Source: Spirochaetia bacterium (GTDB lineage Bacteria > Spirochaetota > Spirochaetia > UBA9216). Taken from it: DNA of 64,000 nucleotides. Both the position numbers and the translations under genes were made by a program. The notes beneath the pieces were generated by a model. The model was not told the origin of the DNA, ran no database searches, and saw nothing but the letters and a program-made list of their open reading frames with translations. Location of the stretch: contig OZ223264.1 of the NCBI GenBank assembly GCA_965140585.1, forward strand, positions 96,001 to 160,000, given 5' to 3'. Positions within the stretch are counted from its first letter, which is position 1, and each line of letters begins with the position of its first letter. Below are positions 48,330 through 56,883 of the stretch, one piece after another.

Positions 48330-49035
48330 CGATTTTTATTTTGCCAATGACTGTGTAGAGAAAGTTGCCGACACTTCCAAGTATATAGTGATTAAAGGAT
48401 GAAGGCAGCTAACTTCCATCGGGTCTTACAGCCTCCCAGTTTTCCAGATAGTTGTAGCCCCTTGTTTCACCATATATAGCCAGGACGGACTTTCCGTCTG
48501 GAAAAGCAGCCTGTAGGCAGTTTCATTATGTACTTTTTAGTACAGTATATTCAGCATGGGCGGTGTCAATACAAAACCGGTATCCAGATGTCCGCCATTT
48601 TCTTCTATTCGATAAACACGCCGCTCTGTCATCAGTTTCTGAAGCTCCGCATTCAGGCTGCCGTCTTTATGCCCGGATGATATCAACGTCTGAAGAATGA
48701 CAGTCCAGGCCTCAAAGGCTATTGCATGGTAGCAGCTTGTAACAACATCTTTAGTTGCTTCGCTTGCTGCGAAGACTCCGCCTTCTTTCTGAATAAAGCT
48801 CGGGATAAACCAGTCTCAGAAATGAAAGCCTGTGTTAAATAGATACTCATTCCATTTCTTTTCATAGGGGGTGCAGTCTGAAAGGTTTTCCGGTTTTTCC
48901 ATACACTTTTGAATTACTCCGTTTATCCAGAGTCTCATTATTTCAAGATTATCTGCAAGTATACTGATGTTTCCGAAGCTACGGTAAAGTTCAAGCGGAA
49001 CGAGTATGCAGGCACCGCTCCATGCAGATGAAGGA
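48330..49035 (-). pseudogene. Alpha-L-rhamnosidase (GH78) remnant
   Basis: Fragments SAWSGACILVPLELYRSFGN, GFHF*DW, GGHLDTGF, PSWLYMVKQGATTIWE and SFNHYILGSVGNFLY, broken by stops and frameshifts. Confidence 0.8.
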
Positions 49036-49039
49036 CGGC

Positions 49040-49639
49040 CACCCCCCCAATGAAAGAAGATCTGGAGAGTTCTGTCTGTGGAACAATGTAGCCATATTGT
49101 GACATATATACTGCACATGCAAGCAGACCGCCTGCCATGATATAAGAGATCACTGCATTTTAATTCTCTGTATTTGTGATGACTCTGTTCTTGACGGTAA
49201 CTCTATGTGCTGTTCCGTCAGCGTCTCTCTGCTGAGTACTGTTTCCATCAAGCTCTTTGATAATCATAGGTATGAACATAATGAAAGTTCCTGAACTTTC
49301 TGTACAGATACCAACGTAGACCCCGGCGTGGAAGAGTCCCACTATATCTTCTGAAGCTTTTCCAAGTTCATGCATGCCGCAGTGTGAAAAGCCGCCTATT
49401 CCGACAATTTCGCTCCTGTGAAGTTCCATTGAAAAGTTCATCTGCAGGACTGATACCGATGTTACGTTATCGGCCGCAAGAATCACGTCATCCGAGCGTC
49501 TGCTCTTAAAATCTTCACGGTAATACTTGTTACCCATCTCTCTGCAGTGATGAGAAAGGGCTGCTTTAGGTCCGAGAACCTTACAAAGGCCAATGGCTTC
49601 GACGATAGGATTTGCTCTGCTGATGTCTGAACTTCCCAT
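49040..49639 (-). pseudogene. Collapsed sugar-ABC ATPase and permease remnants
   Basis: PIVEAIGLCKVLGP (NBD1 start) is joined directly to REMGNKYYRED...ELHRSEIVGIGGFSHCGMHELGKA (NBD2 start); a hydrophobic permease-like piece ISYIMAGGLLACA follows. Confidence 0.65.
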
Positions 49640-49802
49640 ATCATCTCCATGCAGTCATTTAAATGGAAATAAGAATGTGTTTTTTTCTGAATCTGAGTTA
49701 AGTATAGACCATCACGAGCTTTAGTCAAATGTTTCATCTTTACAAGATTCAGACTTTTTTTGTTGTCTGTTTGAAGAGCTTGTAATAAAATTAATCAGAG
49801 CT

Positions 49803-50942
49803 ATGAGTACTCAAGTTAAATCAACCAGATATGCAACTCCGGGAGTGGTTCAGGAGGCTGCCGAAAAACTCTTTCTGAATACCGGTGTACGGGTTACCTT
49901 TCCAAAGGCGCTTGAATATCTGCGGCGAACAGATAAGCTTCCTAATGTTTCTCCGAAGATGCCTGATTCTCCTGACAGCCCGAGCTGGAGAGAGTTTGAT
50001 GATCTGATTCTGAATCTGCCTTTTAATGCAGATCAGATAATGGAGACAGACCGAAAACTCCACGGGGATGGGACGCTGCAGGAAGCCGGGATTTTCCCTT
50101 CAGAGAAGGATGTCTTCTGTTTTAAACATCTGCCCTACATGAATCATACCCAGCACTGCCACGATTATTTTGAAATTACATACCTGTATCACGGTTCGTG
50201 TAGAATGCTTTTTGAGAATCAGAAGTTTCAGCTGAATGAGGGAGAGCTCTGTATAATTCCGCCTATGTCGCCGCATAATCATCTGATTGAAAAAGACTCG
50301 ATAGCGCTCGGTATTGTCGTGAGGAAAACTACCTTCAATTCAATCTTCGGAGAACTTCTGACTCACAAGGATCTGCTGTCGACTTTTTTCAAAAACTCGT
50401 TATATGAACCAAACCAGACAAATTTTCTGATTCTGAAAACTGAACCGGTGGCCCAGCTTCGTGATATTATCCATCAGCTTGCCTATGAGTGCAGTGTGCA
50501 CGGCCCCTATGCAAATGCTATAAGCATCAGTCTGTTTAATCTCTTTCTATCTCACACCCTAAGAAGATATCGTGATAATATTACCATCTACCGGATGGAG
50601 GATTTAGCCCGGAGATCTCAGGACTTTCCGATGATCCTCCAGTATATTCAGCAGAATTACAAAACGGTGACATTGTCTTCACTGGCTGAGGTTTTTCATT
50701 ACTCAGAATCGCATATCTGCCGGTTAATACAGAAAAACCTGAATTAGAATTTTACAGCGGTTGTCAGAAAGCTGAAGATGGCCCGGGCAAAGGATTATAT
50801 GGAAAATACATCATTGAAGGTTTCCGAAGTTACCGTCCTGGTCGGATATGAGTCGGTCGATCACTTCTCAAGGACCTTCAAGAAAACTTACGGAGCCGCG
50901 CCTTTCGAATACAGAAAAAAACACAGGATGGAAAATGCATAA
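49803..50942 (+). pseudogene. AraC family regulator (cupin + HTH) interrupted by an in-frame TAG
   Basis: HCHDYFEITY cupin motif. After TAG 50745-50747 the frame continues NFTAVVRKLKMARAK...VGYESVDHFSRTFKKTYG to TAA 50942. Confidence 0.85.
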
Positions 50943-52204
50943 TGGGAAAATCATCAGATATCACTAAAGATCTTCAGTACTGGAAGTTCTCTTTTTACGG
51001 CTTTCTAAAAAACCTTCAGTTTTTTGATCCATTTTTAATTCTGTTTTTCAGGGAAATGGGCATCAGTTTTCTGGAGATTGGAATCTTATACTCGGTTCGT
51101 GAAATTGTAACAAACATTACCGAAATTCCCACCGGTGTAATAGCCGATACCCTCGGCAGGCGGTCAGCCATGATTCTGGCCTTTGTTTCCTACATAGGCA
51201 GTTTTCTGATATTTTACTTTTTCCCGTCCTACTATCTGTATATTGTGGCTATGATTCTGTTTGCTCTGGGCGAGAGTTTCCGTTCAGGTACCCACAAAGC
51301 CATGATTATGGAATACCTTAAACTCAATGACATGACTAAGCAGAAGGTTGCCTATTACGGACATACACGGGGCTGGGCTCAGCTCGGCTCGGCTGTATCC
51401 GCTATTATTTCTGCGGTGCTTGTCTTTTTTACCGGCAGTTTCAGGGCTGTTTTTCTGTGGAGTATTATTCCCTATATCCTGGGTGCTCTGCTTATTTTTT
51501 CATATCCCAGGAATCTGGATTTTTCCTGCGATGAAGATGAGGGATGCCGGGATGATGCAAAACCCGGATGGAAGGATGTGGTTAAAACACTTAAAGATTT
51601 TATCGGGCTTTTTACCGACGCATCGATAAGACGGGCTCTGCTCAATTCGAGCCTTTTTGACGCTGTATTCAAATCTGTTAAGGATTACGTTCAACCGGTA
51701 CTTAAGACCCTGGCCCTTTCGCTGCCGCTTCTTGCTGCACTTGAAGGAACCCAGCGCGTAGCGGTTGTTTCGGGCATTGTGTATTTTCTGCTATATCTGC
51801 TGACCAGCTACGCTAGCAGTCATGCCTCGGCCTTTCATTCTATGTTCAAGTCGGAAACAACCGGTCTCAATCTTACTTTTATTTTCAGCATTATCCTGAT
51901 TGCCGGTATTTCTGGTTTTCTTTGGGCCGGGCTGAATGTGCCTGCGGTTATTTTGTTTATAGTTTTCTACCTGCTTGAAAATTTAAGAAGACCTGCAACC
52001 TTGGGCTATATAAGCGATCACATTAAGGGGTCGGTAATGGCGACCGGTCTCTCCGGGGAAAGTCAGCTTAAGACCCTCTTTGTCGCGATAATAGCACCCC
52101 TCTTCGGCTTTGCGATTGACCGCCTTGGACTGGGCGGAGCTATGATCTTTCTGGCCCTTCTTCCTGCGCTTGCATACGGTTTTGTGCGCTTCAGGAAAAA
52201 ATAA
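50942..52204 (+). CDS. MFS transporter
   Basis: EIPTGVIADTLGRR (motif A) and GESFRSGT; about 12 TMs; TAATG overlap with the AraC end. Confidence 0.9.
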   Translation: MGKSSDITKDLQYWKFSFYGFLKNLQFFDPFLILFFREMGISFLEIGILYSVREIVTNITEIPTGVIADTLGRRSAMILAFVSYIGSFLIFYFFPSYYLYIVAMILFALGESFRSGTHKAMIMEYLKLNDMTKQKVAYYGHTRGWAQLGSAVSAIISAVLVFFTGSFRAVFLWSIIPYILGALLIFSYPRNLDFSCDEDEGCRDDAKPGWKDVVKTLKDFIGLFTDASIRRALLNSSLFDAVFKSVKDYVQPVLKTLALSLPLLAALEGTQRVAVVSGIVYFLLYLLTSYASSHASAFHSMFKSETTGLNLTFIFSIILIAGISGFLWAGLNVPAVILFIVFYLLENLRRPATLGYISDHIKGSVMATGLSGESQLKTLFVAIIAPLFGFAIDRLGLGGAMIFLALLPALAYGFVRFRKK

Positions 52205-52322
52205 TTGCGCTACACGGTTTTTTTTGCCATTTTCTCTTCCATAAATAGAGATAAAAATACCTATAATCAATAATTCTGATGGTACTACCAGAAATTTGAA
52301 TTAGATAAATGTTTATCTATAG

Positions 52323-52351
52323 TTGACGGCTGAAATTCTATCTCCTATACT
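52323..52351 (+). promoter_or_regulatory. Sigma70-type promoter of the tat operon
   Basis: TTGACG-N17-TATACT. Confidence 0.7.
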
Positions 52352-52386
52352 TTCACAGATTCAGATCACTTCAAAAATCTTCAAGG

Positions 52387-52493
52387 ATGTCAGGTCTGGA
52401 AAACGAAAAAACGCAGCAGAAGATAATAAATAGAAGAAGAGCTTCTCAAGAAGAGACTTCCTCAAGGGTGCTGCTGCACCTCGGAAATATTAA
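52387..52493 (+). pseudogene. Decayed twin-arginine signal-peptide coding remnant
   Basis: One frame reads K*KKSFSRRDFLKGAAAPRKY*, resembling the signal of the gene at 54124 (KKSGISRRDFMKGAAG). Confidence 0.6.
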
Positions 52494-52505
52494 TCCGGAG
52501 AGGGT

Positions 52506-53258
52506 ATGGGAAAAAAGCATGATCAGATGTCTCTTCTTGAACATATAGGAGAGCTTAGAACAAAACTAATAGTATCTGTTATAGCAATTATTGCCGCTTC
52601 AGTCGTCTGCTTTATGTTTTACGACAGGTTGTATCAGATCTTTTTCCGTCCCTTCGAAGGTCTGGAAAATGAAAACGGGCAGAAGCTTTTTATCAACTAC
52701 ATATATGAAGGCTTCATGCTCAAATTCAAATTATCAATAATAGCCGGAATAGTACTGTCTTTTCCGATTCATATGTACAACATCCTCAGTTTTATCTTTC
52801 CGGGACTGACAAAAAAGGAAAGCAGGATTATTGCTATCTGTCTTATTGCTGCACTCGCGCTTGCTGTCCTTGGATTCTATTACGGCTATTTTTATATTGT
52901 TCCGATTTCCATCAGGTTTTTATCCGGTTCCGGATTTATACCTGAAGGGGTTGGAATGCTTCTTAATTTTGACAGGAACATTTTCTACATCCTTCAGTTC
53001 ATGCTCGTTTCAGTTCTTGTTTTTCAGCTGCCGGTAATTCTGGAAGTACTGCTTATACTTAATATCATCGACAGGAAGGCCCTCCTTAAGGCAAGCCGTT
53101 ATATCATCGTTGGGATTTTCATACTTTCAGCTTTATTTACGCCTCCTGACTTCATCTCCCAGATTGCCGTAGCTGTACCTCTGATAGCGCTTTTCTTTAT
53201 CACTATTCTCATAGCCTACATTTTCAGATTCGGAAACGGAGGTTTTGAGGATGCTTAA
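52506..53258 (+). CDS. tatC: Twin-arginine translocase subunit TatC
   Basis: MSLLEHIGELR, FIFPGL...E, FQLPV and FTPPD..SQ motifs. Confidence 0.95.
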   Translation: MGKKHDQMSLLEHIGELRTKLIVSVIAIIAASVVCFMFYDRLYQIFFRPFEGLENENGQKLFINYIYEGFMLKFKLSIIAGIVLSFPIHMYNILSFIFPGLTKKESRIIAICLIAALALAVLGFYYGYFYIVPISIRFLSGSGFIPEGVGMLLNFDRNIFYILQFMLVSVLVFQLPVILEVLLILNIIDRKALLKASRYIIVGIFILSALFTPPDFISQIAVAVPLIALFFITILIAYIFRFGNGGFEDA

Positions 53259-53454
53259 CATCGGTTTATCAGAGGTATTTATTTTGGCAGTTATTATCCT
53301 TCTGTTTTTAAGGCCGAAGGATGTTCCGGTAATCACCAGAAAGATCGGGAAAATTATGGGTACTTTCAGGAATTACAGAGAGACAATAGATAGAGAAATC
53401 AAAGATCTGGGAAAGATTGATGATTTGGAAAATGATAAGGAGAAAAAATCATGA
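53251..53454 (+). CDS. tatB: TatB-like subunit
   Basis: NIGLSE...LLFLRPKDVP...RKIGK; GGAGG RBS before ATG 53251. Confidence 0.75.
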   Translation: MLNIGLSEVFILAVIILLFLRPKDVPVITRKIGKIMGTFRNYRETIDREIKDLGKIDDLENDKEKKS

Positions 53455-53654
53455 TTGGAACTACAGAAATTGTTGTTGTAGCTGCTACCGGGCTTATTCT
53501 TTTCGGTTCAGCTGCTCTTCCGAAGTTTGCAAGATCAATTGGACAGGCAAAGAAAGAGCTGGAAAAGGGTATTAAGGAAGGTTATGTCGAAGAAGCTGCA
53601 GGAAAAGCCGCAGATGAGGCTCCGGCTGCAGGAAAAAGAAAGGCTAAAAAATAG
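53451..53654 (+). CDS. tatA: TatA subunit
   Basis: IGTTEI...LFGS..LPKFARSIGQAKKE. Confidence 0.88.
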   Translation: MIGTTEIVVVAATGLILFGSAALPKFARSIGQAKKELEKGIKEGYVEEAAGKAADEAPAAGKRKAKK

Positions 53655-53683
53655 GTTTAATAAAAACCATTATAGGAGAAAAT

Positions 53684-54055
53684 ATGAGATCAGCTAAAAG
53701 AATGCCGGTAATTATTACGGCCGTATTGTCAGTTCTCGTTTTGGCGGTAATTTCGGGATGTGCTTCAGTGAAGGCTCCTGTATATGCAGACGGTGAATAC
53801 ACAGGAAGCAGTACTGCAGGAATGGGCGGAAAGCTCAATGTTGCGGTTGTAATTACAGAAGGGATGATTTCAGATGTTACGGTTACAGCCCATAACGAAA
53901 CACCCGGAATCGGAACAAATGCTATTGATGCGCTTCCTACAAAAATAGTTGAAGCCCAGTCAACAGAGGTTGACTCAGTAGCAGGAGCCTCAATGACTTC
54001 TACTGCAATTAAAGAAGCTGTAGGCGCAGCGCTCGCAGAAGCAGAAGGCAAATAA
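53684..54055 (+). CDS. FMN-binding domain lipoprotein (flavinylation substrate)
   Basis: Lipobox ISGC; YADGEYTGS..GMGG...HNETPGIG...VDSVAGASMTS. Confidence 0.9.
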   Translation: MRSAKRMPVIITAVLSVLVLAVISGCASVKAPVYADGEYTGSSTAGMGGKLNVAVVITEGMISDVTVTAHNETPGIGTNAIDALPTKIVEAQSTEVDSVAGASMTSTAIKEAVGAALAEAEGK

Positions 54056-54060
54056 ACATC

Positions 54061-54094
54061 AAAGCGGCTCTGAATTTCAGAAGCCGCTTTTTTT
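54061..54094 (+). terminator. Rho-independent terminator-like hairpin
   Basis: AAAGCGGCT...AGCCGCTTTTTTT. Confidence 0.7.
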
Positions 54095-54123
54095 AGAAGA
54101 AGTAACAACAAAGGAGAAGCCTT

Positions 54124-55890
54124 GTGGAAAAGAAAAATCCTGAAGCCAACGAAAAAAAGAGCGGAATTTCCAGAAGAGATTTCATGAAAGGCGCTGCCGG
54201 AGGGGCTGCAGCTCTTGCCGCAGCAAGTGTCCTCAGCGGATGTACAACTACAGATGCAGCCGGCGGAAGCACCGGTTCAGTTTCGGCAAATGGTCTTATG
54301 ACTGCTGAAAAAGCCGCAAACATGAAGTGGAATTTTGAAATTGCCCCGAAACCGGTTTCAGAATCAAAGATCTCAAAAACATATACACATGATGTAGTAG
54401 TTATCGGTGCAGGACTCTCAGGTCTCTGTACAATGTGCTCAGCTCTTGAAAGCGGTGCAGATGCAGTCATGTTTTCTGCCAGTTCAAAGCCAATTGGCCG
54501 CGGTGGATCGAACCATGCAATCGGTTCGAAATACCAGAAAGAGATGGGTATTGAATATACACCTGAAATTGCCCGTGAAATCGTTAAAACCGAGCAGACT
54601 TCCGGAACCTATTTCATGGATAAGCAGAAATGGGCAAAGTGGATCAACAACAGTGCAGAAGCAGTAGACTGGATGATTGACAAGATGGAAGCCAAAGGAC
54701 TTAAGACTTCCCTAGAAGCCGGTTACTATGATCCGGACGGAGTTCTAACCGTTCCTCATGCTTCACATAACTTCTTTACAGATGAACAGCCTCTTGGTGT
54801 TTTCTTCGGTGCACCGCTTCAGGCCAAAGCCTATGCAGAGCATATTAAGGACATGGGCGGCGAGATCCATTTCAAGACCATTGCCCAGTATCTTATCAGG
54901 GAAAATGATAATACCGGAAGGGTTTCGGCTGTTGTAGCCAAAACAGAAGACGGAAGCTATGTTAAGTACGTTGCTAGAAAGGCAGTCGTTCTTGCTACCG
55001 GAGACTTTTCAAGGGATAAGGACATGCTTGCAAAATACAGTCCCTGGGCCTACGGTCTTTTCAAGGATAAGCTTGCAGCTGAACCCAACTATGATGCTGA
55101 AATGACATTTGACGGACTTATGCCCGGCGACGGTCAGAAGATGGGTCTCTGGGTAGGTGCCGGATGGCAGAGAACCTTCCCCAATGCCCCGGTTATCAAC
55201 GGCGGTGCTGCAGGCCCAAGCCATGCAATCATTTCTAATTTCTGGGGATGTAACCTGGATATCAACGGAAAGCGATACCAGAACGAATGTACAAACTTTG
55301 CATACGGAGCCATGTCGGTTCTTCAGCTTCCCAAGCAGACAGCATTCGGAATCTGGGATGCCGGATACGCCTACACTCAGGAAGAATGGGAACCTCTTGG
55401 ATATACAATCGGCCAGGTGAACGGAATCAAGCCTCTCTCTCCGGAAGAATATCTTGATTCATGGAAGAATAACCCTTCATTCATCAAGGCTGATACAATT
55501 GAAGAACTCGTTGCACAGCTTGATATGGATGATGAAGGAAAGAAGAATGCTCTTGAATCCATAAAGAATTACACCAAATATGCAGAACAGGGATATGATG
55601 AAGAGTTTCAGGTTAACCCTAAAATTCTTTTCCCCATCAAACAGGGACCCTTCTTTGCATCAAAAACAGTCGGAGCAACCTTCCTTGCTGTAACAGGTGG
55701 ACTTAGAACCAATACAGATCTCCAGGTATGTGATGCTGACGATAATCCAATCGAAGGTCTCTACAACACCGGAACAATGGTCGGCGACTTTTACGCCAAC
55801 TCATATAACTTTGTTATGCCGGGACAGAACCTCGGAGCTCTCTGCTGTACACTTTCCTATATGCTTGGACGTGATCTGGCAGCCTTATAA
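54124..55890 (+). CDS. Tat-exported FAD-binding lipoprotein, flavocytochrome c/fumarate-reductase flavoprotein superfamily
   Basis: SRRDFMK plus LSGC lipobox; DVVVIGAGLSG, VVLATGDF, GDGQKMGLWVGA and GGLRTN...IEGLY motifs. Confidence 0.9.
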   Translation: MEKKNPEANEKKSGISRRDFMKGAAGGAAALAAASVLSGCTTTDAAGGSTGSVSANGLMTAEKAANMKWNFEIAPKPVSESKISKTYTHDVVVIGAGLSGLCTMCSALESGADAVMFSASSKPIGRGGSNHAIGSKYQKEMGIEYTPEIAREIVKTEQTSGTYFMDKQKWAKWINNSAEAVDWMIDKMEAKGLKTSLEAGYYDPDGVLTVPHASHNFFTDEQPLGVFFGAPLQAKAYAEHIKDMGGEIHFKTIAQYLIRENDNTGRVSAVVAKTEDGSYVKYVARKAVVLATGDFSRDKDMLAKYSPWAYGLFKDKLAAEPNYDAEMTFDGLMPGDGQKMGLWVGAGWQRTFPNAPVINGGAAGPSHAIISNFWGCNLDINGKRYQNECTNFAYGAMSVLQLPKQTAFGIWDAGYAYTQEEWEPLGYTIGQVNGIKPLSPEEYLDSWKNNPSFIKADTIEELVAQLDMDDEGKKNALESIKNYTKYAEQGYDEEFQVNPKILFPIKQGPFFASKTVGATFLAVTGGLRTNTDLQVCDADDNPIEGLYNTGTMVGDFYANSYNFVMPGQNLGALCCTLSYMLGRDLAAL

Positions 55891-55904
55891 TTTTCAAATA
55901 ACTC

Positions 55905-55935
55905 AGCGGGGTGGACAAGAGTCCGCTTCGCTTTT
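55905..55935 (+). terminator. Rho-independent terminator
   Basis: AGCGGGGTGGAC-AAGA-GTCCGCTTCGCT stem (with GU pairs) followed by T's. Confidence 0.65.
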
Positions 55936-56027
55936 CATCAATTCTGTACGTATTTCTTACTTTTTCCTTCTTGCAATAAATCTTCGTTTCCTTTAAACAT
56001 AAAACAACACCAATTTGGAGGAATAAG

Positions 56028-56303
56028 ATGACAATCAAACATAATGTATATTTTGATGGTTCAGTTCAGAGTCTCGGCTTTGTCGATGCAGAAGGGAAGA
56101 CTTCAATGAGTGCCGGAACCGTACTTCCCGGAGACTATGATTTCGGAACAGCCGGACCGAAGGAAACAATGACTGTAACAAGCGGAGCCCTCACAATAAA
56201 CGGTAAAACATATAATGTTGGGGACACCTGTGTTGTTGAAACCGGGGAGAAAATCAATATCGCCGCTGCAGAAGAATCAAGCTACACTTGTTACTACGGC
56301 TGA
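56028..56303 (+). CDS. ppnP: Pyrimidine/purine nucleoside phosphorylase (DUF1255)
   Basis: HNVYFDGSVQSLGF, PGDYDFGT...ETMTVTSGAL and SYTCYY motifs. Confidence 0.88.
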   Translation: MTIKHNVYFDGSVQSLGFVDAEGKTSMSAGTVLPGDYDFGTAGPKETMTVTSGALTINGKTYNVGDTCVVETGEKINIAAAEESSYTCYYG

Positions 56304-56322
56304 GTCTTCGGTCCGGATAAAT

Positions 56323-56357
56323 AAAAAGGCTGAACTTTTCAAAAGTTCAGCCTTTTT
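56323..56357. terminator. Bidirectional terminator
   Basis: AAAAAGGCTGAACTTTT-C-AAAAGTTCAGCCTTTTT between convergent genes. Confidence 0.85.
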
Positions 56358-56376
56358 CATAGAATGCGAGCTGTGT

Positions 56377-56883
56377 CTATTCAAACCAGCTTATTAAACT
56401 CTCATCTTCTTCTAATTCTGTAAGCAGTTTTCTTTTCTCGTCATACGTGATTTTTTCAATATCTATACTCGAGGAGAATTCATTCGATTTGATTTTTTTG
56501 TATGTCTGAACAACTACAAAAGGTGCAATCACAATTGAATTATATTCATATGGTAAGTCAATATTAACATCCTGATTAGAGTCCTCTCCACGGGCCTTGT
56601 CTGATTTTATTGAACTCGTAATTGATGTAACCTTGTAGCCGGGGTTTCGAATTTTAAAATATACAAAGCCTTCGCTTGTTCTGGGTATTATCACGGGGGC
56701 TTCGAGTCCTTCAATGGTAAGCTGATATTCTCTTGCTGCAGGAACTTTATCGGGATTTGCAAGTACCGTTTTTATGACTACCAGGCAGTCATCAGAGGTG
56801 AGCCGCTCGTTTTCATTAACGGTTGTTGCGCAGGATATTATAAGTGAAACCAGTATCAGGATAATTGTTATATATTTTTTCAT
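56377..56883 (-). CDS. Hypothetical lipoprotein
   Basis: Lipobox IISC; coupled to the upstream protease by a TAATG overlap. Confidence 0.75.
   Translation of the reverse strand: MKKYITIILILVSLIISCATTVNENERLTSDDCLVVIKTVLANPDKVPAAREYQLTIEGLEAPVIIPRTSEGFVYFKIRNPGYKVTSITSSIKSDKARGEDSNQDVNIDLPYEYNSIVIAPFVVVQTYKKIKSNEFSSSIDIEKITYDEKRKLLTELEEDESLISWFE

Noticed and set aside
48816-48818. Selenocysteine UGA in the GH78 remnant
   Set aside because: The position corresponds to Gly in the F-G-D-W motif rather than Cys, and the surrounding sequence has frameshifts.
50745-50747. Pyrrolysine or amber recoding in AraC
   Set aside because: No pyl genes are in the window, TAG is used as a normal stop by several genes here, and the adjacent operon is decayed.
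56028-56303. ppnP as part of the Tat/flavoprotein cassette
   Set aside because: It is separated by a terminator hairpin and has its own RBS, and no functional link is evident.
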